Virus record (IMG/VR): IMGVR_UViG_3300013014_000035
Span: 1-57,866 of that record
Origin: a virus
Lineage: Duplodnaviria > Caudoviricetes
DNA: 57,866 bases
Direction: 5' to 3' (one strand)
A program made the translations under genes and the position numbers. The notes under the pieces are model-generated. The model was not told the origin of the DNA. It made no database searches and worked only from the letters and a program-made list of their open reading frames with translations. This document shows, one piece after another, positions 44,383-55,082 of this stretch (position 1 is its first letter; each line of letters begins with the position of its first letter).

Positions 44383-46875
44383 ATGAAACCAATTGCGCAA
44401 ACATTTATAATTAATCAACCTGAAACTGGCGTTGAAGCAGTATTTTTAACGAGTGTTGATCTTTATTTTAAGGAAAAATCATCAACATATGGGGTCGAAT
44501 TACAGATTCGTGAAACAACAAACGGTTATCCAAATCAGAATCAATTACCATATGCGTCAAAAATATTATCAGCTTCTAGTGTTAATATAAGTGAAAATGC
44601 TTCGTCTGCAACCAAGTTTACTTTTGATACACCTGTACTTGTAAGAACAAACGAACAGTTTGCACTTGCTGTTATTCCAGTAGGTGGTTCTAATAATTAT
44701 ACTATTTGGACGGCAGATTATAATCAGAAAGATGTAATTTCGGATGTTCCTATCCGTACTAATAATCAACTTGGATCTTTGTTTATCTCATCAAATGACC
44801 TAAATTTTACACCTATTCAGAGTGAAAGTATGAAGTATACTCTTTATACTGCTCAATTTACTTCCACTTCAGGTACTGCTGTATATCGTAATTCCGATAG
44901 TGATGCATTTGCTGTTACCGATATTATAGGTAATTTTGGTGTTGGTGAGCAAGTTGTTGTTGCAAATAATCTTCTTTCAATTGCTGCTATTACAAGTTCT
45001 GCATCGTTTACAAGTAATGAAATTGTAGTGCAACCAAATACTGCAACATCAATTTATAATGCTACTGCATATGGTACATATGTTGGATCCGAAAGTGGTA
45101 AGATTATATTGACGAATGTCGGTGGAGCATCACCATTTTCAAATACCGGCGGCGGTCTTAAAGGTTTAACATCTGCTGTAACTACTGCAAACTTTACCGG
45201 TATACCATCTTTAGCACCAGTCACATATTCAAATACCACAATTTTAGTACAAACTGCAAATTCAACTTTTGTCCCAGATTTTGTTATAGGTAATTATATT
45301 TACGTTGGTACAAATACAAGATCAACAATTAAAATTTTTAAAATAACTGATGTTGATGCTACCAATAAACTTTTGAAAGTGGATTCAAATATTACATTCA
45401 GTGATTCTGCCGCGCAGATTGGACGAGTTAGAGCTGATGCCAATCTTTATGGTTACTATTCAGCTGCTTCTAGAAATACAGATGGTGTGGTTGGTATGCT
45501 TTTAAATTATGTTACAGCAACATCGTCACAAAATTTTGCAAATGCAACTAATAATTTCCTGATTGGTCGTTCTTCTGGCGCTTCAGGAAGAAATCTTGGA
45601 TTAGTAAATGCTTATTATAATTCCATCACATCTCAATTTACATCAATTTCACCAAAGCAAACATCTGAAGTATGGAGTTTTCAAGGTACTGATGCATCAA
45701 GTGGTAGTCTTGACGGATCTTATACATCACTTACACCAGATGTACCATACGAATTTATTGATAACAGACGAGTTATAGTTTCAAAAAGTTCAAATACAAC
45801 TGGCAAATCTCTTACAATAACTTCAAGTCTTATTACCTCGAATAATAAGATTTCACCATATATTGATAGAATTCAAAACCAAGCTCATATGACCCGTAAT
45901 ATCACCAGACAGGGTTGGCAGCATAATGGTTATATTATTACTATTGCAAATTCATCTGCAAATGCTACCAATCAATTTTCCTTTGGTGATACTATTTGGC
46001 AATCAAATTCGACTGTTAATACAACAGCTACAATTGTTTATGCTAATTCATCAACCCTATATGTTGCAAATTTAGTTTCATCTAATTCCTCTAATATCCC
46101 AAAACTTAATGCGAATGGCACCAGTTATATTACAGATTCAACAAGTAGTGTTGTAGCTAATGTTACTGCAATTGTGGCTTATAATGAAGCAAGTAACATA
46201 AATCTTTCAAATGCCACTCGTTATATAAGTAAAAATGTTATTTTGGCTGATAAACAAGATGCTGAAGATTTAGTTACTTATATTGGTGCTTATAGACCAC
46301 CCGGCACAGAATTTCAAGTATATGGTAAATTCTTAAGTAGTTCTGATGGTGATGTTTTTGGATCAAAAGATTGGTCTTTGTTGGTAGAAACTTCAAATCC
46401 AGCTACACGCTCTAGTATAATCAACCGTGATGATATTGTTGAATTGACTTATGATCTTCCTTCATCTGTCCAAGTATTCGGTGCAAGCGCAGTTGCAAAT
46501 TCAGGTTCAGCTACTATTAAAATTGATTCAACGGCATCTTTTAGTCCAGGGCAATTTATATATTTTAGAGACAATGCTAATGGTTATTTTAATGTTAGAC
46601 AGGTAGTTAATGTAACTAATTCTACATTTTTAACATTATCATCTACCCCTTCTGTAAATACCATAAATGCTTCTGTTGGATATATCCCAGAGCTGCAATC
46701 ACAGTATGGCGCATTCAGATATACCAATAATTACAGTGTAGCTCGTTACACAACATCCGCCGATGGCGTTTTTGATAGGTTTAAAACTTTTGCCGTAAAA
46801 ATTGTTCTTACTTCCGATACAGAAGTCGTTATACCAAGAATGACCGATATGCGATGCTTGGCACTTCAGGTATAA
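44383..46875 (+). CDS. virion structural protein (C-terminal part of DUF4815-type proteins)
   Basis: PIAQTF......AVFLTSVDLYF..K, RYISK.V.L, F.TFA.KIV.......PR..D.R..AL. Confidence 0.75.
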   Translation: MKPIAQTFIINQPETGVEAVFLTSVDLYFKEKSSTYGVELQIRETTNGYPNQNQLPYASKILSASSVNISENASSATKFTFDTPVLVRTNEQFALAVIPVGGSNNYTIWTADYNQKDVISDVPIRTNNQLGSLFISSNDLNFTPIQSESMKYTLYTAQFTSTSGTAVYRNSDSDAFAVTDIIGNFGVGEQVVVANNLLSIAAITSSASFTSNEIVVQPNTATSIYNATAYGTYVGSESGKIILTNVGGASPFSNTGGGLKGLTSAVTTANFTGIPSLAPVTYSNTTILVQTANSTFVPDFVIGNYIYVGTNTRSTIKIFKITDVDATNKLLKVDSNITFSDSAAQIGRVRADANLYGYYSAASRNTDGVVGMLLNYVTATSSQNFANATNNFLIGRSSGASGRNLGLVNAYYNSITSQFTSISPKQTSEVWSFQGTDASSGSLDGSYTSLTPDVPYEFIDNRRVIVSKSSNTTGKSLTITSSLITSNNKISPYIDRIQNQAHMTRNITRQGWQHNGYIITIANSSANATNQFSFGDTIWQSNSTVNTTATIVYANSSTLYVANLVSSNSSNIPKLNANGTSYITDSTSSVVANVTAIVAYNEASNINLSNATRYISKNVILADKQDAEDLVTYIGAYRPPGTEFQVYGKFLSSSDGDVFGSKDWSLLVETSNPATRSSIINRDDIVELTYDLPSSVQVFGASAVANSGSATIKIDSTASFSPGQFIYFRDNANGYFNVRQVVNVTNSTFLTLSSTPSVNTINASVGYIPELQSQYGAFRYTNNYSVARYTTSADGVFDRFKTFAVKIVLTSDTEVVIPRMTDMRCLALQV

Positions 46876-46876
46876 T

Positions 46877-47101
46877 ATGCAGTCTCTCCCAGAGTTCTTA
46901 AAAGTAAAAGATAAACCTGATCTTATTCGTGAAAAAAATAGTAGTGCTATTCTCAATACTAATTTGAGCGAGTTGAATAAATATAAGCAAGATCGTGAAG
47001 AAAAAATAAAGTTAAAAAAGTTGCTTGAAGAAAGTGACCAGATGAAAAATGATATAGAAGAAATCAAGTCTTTATTAAGACAATTGATAGGACAGATGTA
47101 A
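46877..47101 (+). CDS. small coiled-coil protein
   Basis: LIRE..SSAILNT; K.DIEEIKSLL..L. Confidence 0.75.
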   Translation: MQSLPEFLKVKDKPDLIREKNSSAILNTNLSELNKYKQDREEKIKLKKLLEESDQMKNDIEEIKSLLRQLIGQM

Positions 47102-47104
47102 AAC

Positions 47105-50100
47105 ATGACTATTTTTGTATCCAATACCGGAAATACAGCTACTTTTTATTCTTGGTTAACAGCAACCAATTTACTTGCCACTATTGCATCTCAAAATGCG
47201 GTTACTGTAGACACAAGTCCTACCGGATCTAATTCCATCGGCAATGGTTATGTGGTTGGTTATTTTGGTGCAAATACACTTGTTGCTTATAATGGTATTG
47301 CAGGTGGTACTCTTAATACTGGTAATACACTTAATCTTCTTACAAATACTGCTTTTGTATACAGTGGTACAAATTTGGTTTCGTTTACCGCCAACAGTTT
47401 AACTTCAAATGTTTCTATTGTATCAAATGCAGTTAATATTATATCAGTGAGTGGTAATACCACTCTTGGTGGTATATTTTTAAATATTAATGCCACAACA
47501 ACCAATATAAATTCAGCTACATTTTATGCTAATACTACTGCCACGATTACAGGTAATACCACATTAAAAGCAAATACTTCATTTGCTTCCTTTACACTTA
47601 CTGGTAATACTTCAGCAGTTGTATTACTTGCAAATACATCAAATACCACTATCGTTGGTAATGTTTATTTGTCAAATACAGTAAATATTACTGGTGCCGC
47701 AATTCTTTCAAATACAATTTCAGTTACTGGCGCCGCAACACTTAGTAATACCTTAAACGTAACTGGCTTTGCTAATTTACAATCATCTGCGAATGTGGCA
47801 GGTTACTTAGGAGTAGTTGGTAATGCTAATGTTGGTGGTACGATTGGTGTTATCGGTGCCGCATCATTTAGTAATACTTTAAACGTAACTGGTGCGGCTA
47901 ATCTTCAGTCATCTGCTAACGTTGGTGGTACTATTGGCGTTGTAGGTGCTGCATCATTTAGTAATACAATTTCCATTACAGGTAATGCCAACGTTGGTGG
48001 TACTATTGGTATTACAGGTGCTGCCAATATTGGTGGTACCATCGGTGTTGTAGGTGCCACAACTTTATCAAACACCTTAAATGTGGTAGGTGCTGCTAAT
48101 TTACAATCATCTGCTAATGTGGCAACTTATTTGAGTGTAGGTGGTAATGCCAATGTCGGTGGCACTATTGGTATTGTAGGATCTACAACTTTATCAAATA
48201 CTTTAAATGTTGTGGGAACCGCAAATCTCCAATCGGCAGCTAATATTGGTGGAAATTTAAGTGTTGCTGGTAATGCCAATGTCGGTGACACTATTTCAGT
48301 TACCGGCGCTACAACCTTATCCAATACTTTAAATGTGGTAGGTGCTGCTAATTTACAATCTTCCGCTAATATAGCAACTTATTTGGGAGTAGGTGGTAAT
48401 GCTAATGTTGGTGGTACCATTGGTGTTGTAGGTAATGCGAATGTCGGTGGTACTATTTCAGTTACAGGTGCCGCAACATTTAGTAATACTTTAAATATAA
48501 TAGGCGCTGCTAATTTACAATCATCTGCTAACGTTGCTGGATATTTGAGAGTAGTTGGTAATGTAACTTTTAGTAATACAATTTCAATTACAGGCGCCGC
48601 AAATGTTTTAAGCACAATTGGTGTTACAGGTGCTACAACTCTATCAAATACTTTAAATGTGGTAGGTGCTGTAAATCTTCAGTCATCTGCTAATATAGCA
48701 AGTTATTTGGGGGTAGTTGGTAACGCTAATGTCGGTGGTACTATTGGTATTGCAAGTAATGCTAACGTTGGTGGTACTATTGGTATTACAGGTGCTGCAA
48801 CTTTATCCAATACCTTAAACGTAACTGGCGCCGCAAATCTTCAATCATCTGCTAATGTGGCAGGTTATTTGGGGGTAGTCGGTAATACTAATATTGGTGG
48901 TACTATTTCAGTTACCGGTGCTACAACTTTATCCAATACAATTTCAGTTGCTGGTGCGGCCAATGTTTTGAGTACTATGGGGGTTACAGGTGCTACAACT
49001 CTATCAAATACTTTAAATGTAGTAGGTGCCGCCAATTTACAATCGGCAGCTAATATTGGTGGGAATTTAGGTGTTGCTGGTAATGCTAACGTAGCTGGTA
49101 GTATGGACATTCGCGGAAATTTTACCGTTAATGGAAATATAACCGTCAACGGAAGTATGACTTACGTTGGATCAACTATCGGTAGTATTATTCCATCAAC
49201 AATAAATTCCGATTATACCCTTGGAAATACAACTTATGTGTGGAAATATGGCTATTTTGAAACCGTTGTATCCGCAAATTTAATTTCAGCTTCCAATATT
49301 ACTTCAACAGGTATTGCATCACTCAATACAGTAACTGTTGCAAATACATTTACAGTAACTAAAAGTGCTACACTCAATAATACTATTTCCGTTACAGGTA
49401 ATGCAACTTTTAGTAATACAATTTCAGTCGCCGGTAATGCCAATGTTGGTGGTACCATTGGTGTTGTAGGTGCCACAACTTTATCCAATACTTTAAATGT
49501 GGTAGGTGCTGCTAATTTACAATCTTCCGCTAATATAGCAACTTATTTGGGAGTAGGTGGTAATGCTAATGTTGGTGGTACCATTGGTGTTGTAGATGCT
49601 GCAAGATTTAGTAATACGTTAAATGTAACTAATACTGTTACATTTAGTAATACTTTAAACGTAACTGGTGCTGCTAATCTTCAATCATCTGCAAATGTGG
49701 CAGGTTACTTGGGAGTAATTGGCAATACTAACGTTGGTGGTACTATTGGTGTTGTAGGTGCTGCATCATTTAGTAATACAATTTCTATTACAGGTAATGC
49801 CAACGTTGGTGGTAGTATTGGTGTTGTAGGTAATGCAAATGTTGGTGGTACCATCGGTGTTGTAGGTAATGCTACATTTAATAATACAATATCGGTTACT
49901 AATACAGCAACATTTTCAAATACTTTATCTGTTGCAGGTGTAACTACATTATCTGCAAACGCTGCAATTGCTGGCAGAGTAATATTAAACGGATTCAGCC
50001 ATCTATTTGCAAATAGTTATACATTTGCAAATAGCACTACCCAAGCAAATATTGATACAGTACCCGCTACTTTATATAGTTCATTCGAATATATGATACA

Positions 50101-50323
50101 ACTTTCAGATACTTCAACTGCAACAAAATATTATCATATGACTAAAATTCTCATTCTAAGTGATGGTGTAGTTCCATACATAACCGAATATGGCACGATG
50201 TTTAACAATTTGTCTCTTGGTACATTCAATGTATCTACCGGTGATGGCAACGTTGTGTTACAACTCACACCAACTACTGCTAATGTTGTCGCTAAATTCA
50301 TCAGAACTTCTATAGTTCAATAA
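47105..50323 (+). CDS. tail fibre-like beta-solenoid repeat protein
   Basis: many ~12-aa units (GAATLSNTLNVV / GAANLQSSANV / GNANVGGTIGVV); C-terminal ...TEYG domain. Confidence 0.75.
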   Translation: MTIFVSNTGNTATFYSWLTATNLLATIASQNAVTVDTSPTGSNSIGNGYVVGYFGANTLVAYNGIAGGTLNTGNTLNLLTNTAFVYSGTNLVSFTANSLTSNVSIVSNAVNIISVSGNTTLGGIFLNINATTTNINSATFYANTTATITGNTTLKANTSFASFTLTGNTSAVVLLANTSNTTIVGNVYLSNTVNITGAAILSNTISVTGAATLSNTLNVTGFANLQSSANVAGYLGVVGNANVGGTIGVIGAASFSNTLNVTGAANLQSSANVGGTIGVVGAASFSNTISITGNANVGGTIGITGAANIGGTIGVVGATTLSNTLNVVGAANLQSSANVATYLSVGGNANVGGTIGIVGSTTLSNTLNVVGTANLQSAANIGGNLSVAGNANVGDTISVTGATTLSNTLNVVGAANLQSSANIATYLGVGGNANVGGTIGVVGNANVGGTISVTGAATFSNTLNIIGAANLQSSANVAGYLRVVGNVTFSNTISITGAANVLSTIGVTGATTLSNTLNVVGAVNLQSSANIASYLGVVGNANVGGTIGIASNANVGGTIGITGAATLSNTLNVTGAANLQSSANVAGYLGVVGNTNIGGTISVTGATTLSNTISVAGAANVLSTMGVTGATTLSNTLNVVGAANLQSAANIGGNLGVAGNANVAGSMDIRGNFTVNGNITVNGSMTYVGSTIGSIIPSTINSDYTLGNTTYVWKYGYFETVVSANLISASNITSTGIASLNTVTVANTFTVTKSATLNNTISVTGNATFSNTISVAGNANVGGTIGVVGATTLSNTLNVVGAANLQSSANIATYLGVGGNANVGGTIGVVDAARFSNTLNVTNTVTFSNTLNVTGAANLQSSANVAGYLGVIGNTNVGGTIGVVGAASFSNTISITGNANVGGSIGVVGNANVGGTIGVVGNATFNNTISVTNTATFSNTLSVAGVTTLSANAAIAGRVILNGFSHLFANSYTFANSTTQANIDTVPATLYSSFEYMIQLSDTSTATKYYHMTKILILSDGVVPYITEYGTMFNNLSLGTFNVSTGDGNVVLQLTPTTANVVAKFIRTSIVQ

Positions 50324-50332
50324 GAGGTTAAC

Positions 50333-50659
50333 ATGGCTTCAAAAATAAACGTTGTAATTGATCAAGGTACTACATTTAACACGATGTATACAATACACAA
50401 TGCTGCTGATGAACCGATTGATTTTACTGGATACAGTGCCAATTCTCAAATGAGAAAATCTTATTCATCTTCGGTTGCATACGTTTTTGACGTTGGGTTA
50501 AATAGTAACGGGCAAATTACTATTTCAATGAATGCTGCCACTACAAATAGCGTTACAGCTGGTCGTTATGTTTATGATATCGAAGTCCAGGATTTGTCTG
50601 GTGTTAGATCTCGTATTGTTGAAGGAATAGTTACGGTAACACCACAAGTATCGAGGTAA
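50333..50659 (+). CDS. small conserved virion protein
   Basis: IDQGT.F, D.TGY...SQMRKS, GRYVYDIE.....RIVEG..TV.P.V. Confidence 0.75.
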   Translation: MASKINVVIDQGTTFNTMYTIHNAADEPIDFTGYSANSQMRKSYSSSVAYVFDVGLNSNGQITISMNAATTNSVTAGRYVYDIEVQDLSGVRSRIVEGIVTVTPQVSR

Positions 50660-50660
50660 T

Positions 50661-53600
50661 ATGACTTATATAGTTAAATCCGTAACAAACAATCAATACA
50701 CTGTAAAAGTAGTAAATCAAAACGGTTCACTGCTTCAGGTACCAACGACAGTTCCTACTGTAACTACCTCTGCAATTTCTGATATTTCTAAATATTCTAC
50801 AACAGTAGATATGTTGGCAAATGACACCACAACATATGCAAATGCAGTAACTTATGTCACAAGTAAGTCTTACGTCAACACTTCACAACTATCCGCAAAT
50901 CTTATAAATTATCAGACAACGGCTGGTTTATCATCTAATGTCGCAATGTTGACTGCCAATAATGCAAATTATCTTGGCGGGACTATAGCGTCAAGTTATC
51001 AAACAACCGCAGGTCTAAGCGCCAACGTAGCTGCTTTGACTGCTAACAACTCTTTGTATCTTGGAAGTGTTGTTGCCGCTTCGTATGTTAATTCCGCACA
51101 ATTGACTAGTAACCTTTCCAATTATCAAACAACAGCTGGTATGTCTAGTAATGTGGCAACGCTGACTGCTAATAATTCATTGTATCTAGGAACTGTTGCT
51201 GCAGCTTCATACGTTAACACTTCCGGCGCATACACTATTACCGGTATTCATACTTATAATGCTAATGTAACATTTGGTTCTACATCAGCAATTATTGCTA
51301 ATAGTATTTTTGGTTCCGCAGGACAAGTACTTGCTTCAAATGGAACAGGTATGTACTGGTCAACTTTTTCGAGTGTTAATACCAATTTTCAATATGCTTG
51401 GTCAAATACTCAAACATTTTCAAATACAATCACTTTCACACAAGTAATAAATGGTACTGCCAATAATGCAAATTATCTTGGTGGTATTGCCGCGGCATCA
51501 TATGTTAATTCTGCACAGCTGTCAAGTAATCTTGCACTTTATCAAACAACAGCAGGATTAAGCGCGAATGTAGCAACATTAACCGCCAACAACACATCGT
51601 TTGTTGGTTCAATATCAGCCGCTAACATTGTTTCAAACGCGCAATTACAATCTAATCTTGCAAACTATCAGACAACTACAGGTCTTTCCGCTAATGTAGC
51701 TAAATTAGATGCTAACAACGCATTGTATCTCGGTGGTATCATTGCTGCATCGTATGTTAATTCAGCACAGTTATCAAGCAATCTTACAAACTATCAGACG
51801 ATAGCAGGATTAAGTGCTAATGTAGCAATATTAACTGCCAATAATACAAATTATCTTGGTGGTATTATTGCGGCTTCCTATGTTAATACTTCACAGCTGT
51901 CAGGTAATCTAACGAATTACCAAACTACGGCGGGGTTAAGTTCCAATGTTGCAACTTTAACTGCTAATAATTCTAGTTATCTTGGCGGTACTTTAGCCTC
52001 AGGTTACCAAACAACAGCAGGTCTATCAAGTAACGTAGCAACTTTAACTGCTAACAACTCATTGTATCTTGGTGGTACTCTAGCATCAGGTTACCAAACA
52101 ACAGCAGGTCTATCAAGTAACGTAGCAACTTTAACTGCTAATAATACATCGTTCGTTGGTACTGTATCAGCCGCTAACGTGGTATCAAATGCTCAGTTAC
52201 AAGCCAATTTAACAAACTATCAGACTACCGCCGGTTTATCAGCAAACGTTGCAACATTAACTTCAAACAATGCTGGTTATCTTGGTGGTATCATTGCCGC
52301 ATCATATGTTAATTCAGCACAACTTTCATCCAATTTGGCTTTATACCAAACAACAGCTGGTTTGTCGGCTAACGTAGTAACGCTTACTGCCAACAATACT
52401 AATTTTGTAGGGTCAGTTTCTGCAGCAAATGTAATTTCGAACGCACAATTACAATCTAATCTAACGAATTATCAAACAACCGCAGGATTGAGCGCTAACG
52501 TAGCAAAACTAGACGCTAATAACGCTCTGTATCTAGGAACAGCAGCTGCAGCATCTTACGTTAACACTTCTGGCGCGTACACTATTACTGGTATTCATAC
52601 GCATAACGCAAACGTAATATTTGGTTCTACTTCAGCAATTATCGCGAATGGCATTTTCGGAACTTCTGGTCAGCTATTAACTTCCAACGGCACAGGTTTG
52701 TATTGGTCGACTCCTGGCGCTGCGGGAGTTAATACTGCTGCACAATACTCGTGGTCGAACACTCAGACGTTTTCCAACACGATTACGTTCACGCAAGTAA
52801 TAAATGGCACCGCGAACAACGCAAATTATCTTGGAGGAATTGCTGCAGCGTCGTATGTAAATTCGGCGCAACTATCAAGCAACCTTTCTAATTACCAAAC
52901 AACGGCTGGATTAAGTTCTAACGTAGCAACGTTAACCGCTAATAATAGCAACAACTTCGGCGGCGCGTCGCTAACCACTATTCAGTCTCAGATTACCGGT
53001 AATGCTGGTACTGCTTATACTAATGCTGTGAATTACGTAACTGCGGCTGCTTACGTTAACACTGCGCAGCTTTCGGCGAATTTAACAAATTACCAAACGA
53101 CTGCCGGATTGAGCGCAAACGTTGCCGTTTTGACCTCAAATAATTCGTTGTATCTCGGCGGAACTTTAGCGTCTGGTTATCAAACAACGGCTGGTCTTTC
53201 TGCTAATGTTGCTACACTTACGTCTAATAATGCATTATATCTCGGCGGTGTAATTGCTTCGTCGTATGTAAATTCGGCTCAACTTTCTTCAAATTTAAGT
53301 AATTACCAAACAACGGCTGGTTTAAGCGCGAATGTTGCTATTTTAACTTCAAACAATGCTGGCTATCTTGGCGGTATTATAGCATCAAGTTATGTTAATT
53401 CGGCGCAGCTATCAAGTAATTTAACAAATTACCAAACTACGGCTGGTTTGTCGGCTAACGTAGCTACCTTAACTGCTAATAATTCAAATTATTTGGGAAC
53501 TGTTGCTGCTGCATCTTACGTTAACACGTCGGGTAATTACACTATTGCAGGTAATTTAAATTTTACTGGAACAAATAACTACTTCAGCGCTTTATATGCT

Positions 53601-55079
53601 GGAGCTAACGTTACCGTCAATGCTACAACATTGTTTGTTGGAAACGCTACAATTAACACCAGTATTACTTCAGGTCAGATTTCACTATCAGGTGTTACTG
53701 TTAACTCAACTTCCTATGGTGGTTCAGCAAACAATGCTTCTTATCTGGGAACTGTTGCAGCGTCTGCGTATCTTACCAATTCTGGTAATTATACAGTTTC
53801 TGGCAATCTTAACTTTACTGGTACAAATAATTACTTTAGTGCCTTATATACCGGCGCTAATGTAACTATCAACACATCAACAGTTTTTGTTGGTAATTCT
53901 TCCGTTAATACAAATATCACTGGTGGTCAGATATCTCTATCCGGCATTACAGCTAACTCTACAATTTACCAGGGAACGGCAAACAATGCCAATAATCTGA
54001 ATGGACAGTTGGCATCATACTATACAAATGCTACAAACATTACCACTGGCACGTTGCCGTATGCCCAGCTTGACGCAAATGTTATTAATACATCCGCTAA
54101 TTTCACTATTACCGGTATTCATACATATAATTCAAATATATTATTTGGATCCACAGCTGCAATTATTGCAAATAGTATTTTTGGTACCGCTGGGCAATTA
54201 TTGACTTCAAACGGAACAGGTTTGTATTGGTCTAGCCCAGGCGCTGCGTCGCTTAATACAGCTGCTTCATACACTTGGACCAATACACAAACATTTAACG
54301 CAAACGTTATTCTTGGCGCCGGTTTATCTGCTAATGGATCTTACGGAACTACTGGTCAGTTATTGACCTCAAACGGAACAGCTACATATTGGAGCACAGT
54401 AACCGCAGGTGGTGGTGGCGGTAGTGCAAACTTTAACACAAACAATAACACCGCGATCGGATTTGCAGCAAATACAACTCTACAAGCTGCATACACAGCA
54501 CCTGCAACCGCTGGTATACGTTATATTATCTACTCTGTGCACTTAACCAATATTGGTACTGCTAGTGCTAGCATTTCGGGTAGTTTCAACGGTACTACAT
54601 ACGCAAATATCGCGTTTGCGCAATCAGTTCCAATCCCGGTCAGTTCTTCTATTGAAATACTTAAGAAACCAAAGATTATGCAGCCATCAGATGTATTAAG
54701 ACTACAGGCTAGTGCTGATGCAACTCTACATGCTACGATCTCGTATGAGACACAAACTAGTGCGGTGCTGTTTGGAACAGGTGTAAATATTACGTCTGCT
54801 GCAACATATACCGATTTATACACAGCAACTGGAGTTTGCGTAGTTGAAAGCGTTCTGTTGACTAACTATGATACTTTCTATGATGCTAAAGCTCGCGTGG
54901 TTTGGACGGACGCTTCAAATAACATTCAAGGTTATTACTGTTACGAATTGGTTATTCCTCAAGGTGCTACCGTGGAAGTTCTTGAAGCATCAAAAGGATT
55001 ACCGAACGGCTACAAAGTTAGAGTGTATTGCGGCGTTGCAAACCGTTTACAAGCTATCATTGCTGGTAAGGTGGCTTGA
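50661..55079 (+). CDS. long tail fibre-like repeat protein
   Basis: about 17 YQTTAGLS(A/S)NVA.LT.NN..(Y/F)(L/V)G units and four GQ.L.SNGT..YWS modules. Confidence 0.75.
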   Translation: MTYIVKSVTNNQYTVKVVNQNGSLLQVPTTVPTVTTSAISDISKYSTTVDMLANDTTTYANAVTYVTSKSYVNTSQLSANLINYQTTAGLSSNVAMLTANNANYLGGTIASSYQTTAGLSANVAALTANNSLYLGSVVAASYVNSAQLTSNLSNYQTTAGMSSNVATLTANNSLYLGTVAAASYVNTSGAYTITGIHTYNANVTFGSTSAIIANSIFGSAGQVLASNGTGMYWSTFSSVNTNFQYAWSNTQTFSNTITFTQVINGTANNANYLGGIAAASYVNSAQLSSNLALYQTTAGLSANVATLTANNTSFVGSISAANIVSNAQLQSNLANYQTTTGLSANVAKLDANNALYLGGIIAASYVNSAQLSSNLTNYQTIAGLSANVAILTANNTNYLGGIIAASYVNTSQLSGNLTNYQTTAGLSSNVATLTANNSSYLGGTLASGYQTTAGLSSNVATLTANNSLYLGGTLASGYQTTAGLSSNVATLTANNTSFVGTVSAANVVSNAQLQANLTNYQTTAGLSANVATLTSNNAGYLGGIIAASYVNSAQLSSNLALYQTTAGLSANVVTLTANNTNFVGSVSAANVISNAQLQSNLTNYQTTAGLSANVAKLDANNALYLGTAAAASYVNTSGAYTITGIHTHNANVIFGSTSAIIANGIFGTSGQLLTSNGTGLYWSTPGAAGVNTAAQYSWSNTQTFSNTITFTQVINGTANNANYLGGIAAASYVNSAQLSSNLSNYQTTAGLSSNVATLTANNSNNFGGASLTTIQSQITGNAGTAYTNAVNYVTAAAYVNTAQLSANLTNYQTTAGLSANVAVLTSNNSLYLGGTLASGYQTTAGLSANVATLTSNNALYLGGVIASSYVNSAQLSSNLSNYQTTAGLSANVAILTSNNAGYLGGIIASSYVNSAQLSSNLTNYQTTAGLSANVATLTANNSNYLGTVAAASYVNTSGNYTIAGNLNFTGTNNYFSALYAGANVTVNATTLFVGNATINTSITSGQISLSGVTVNSTSYGGSANNASYLGTVAASAYLTNSGNYTVSGNLNFTGTNNYFSALYTGANVTINTSTVFVGNSSVNTNITGGQISLSGITANSTIYQGTANNANNLNGQLASYYTNATNITTGTLPYAQLDANVINTSANFTITGIHTYNSNILFGSTAAIIANSIFGTAGQLLTSNGTGLYWSSPGAASLNTAASYTWTNTQTFNANVILGAGLSANGSYGTTGQLLTSNGTATYWSTVTAGGGGGSANFNTNNNTAIGFAANTTLQAAYTAPATAGIRYIIYSVHLTNIGTASASISGSFNGTTYANIAFAQSVPIPVSSSIEILKKPKIMQPSDVLRLQASADATLHATISYETQTSAVLFGTGVNITSAATYTDLYTATGVCVVESVLLTNYDTFYDAKARVVWTDASNNIQGYYCYELVIPQGATVEVLEASKGLPNGYKVRVYCGVANRLQAIIAGKVA

Positions 55080-55082
55080 TAA

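Noticed and set aside
47287-49488. Several minus-strand ORFs with VAPVTEIV repeats
   Set aside because: Antisense readings of the repetitive fibre gene.
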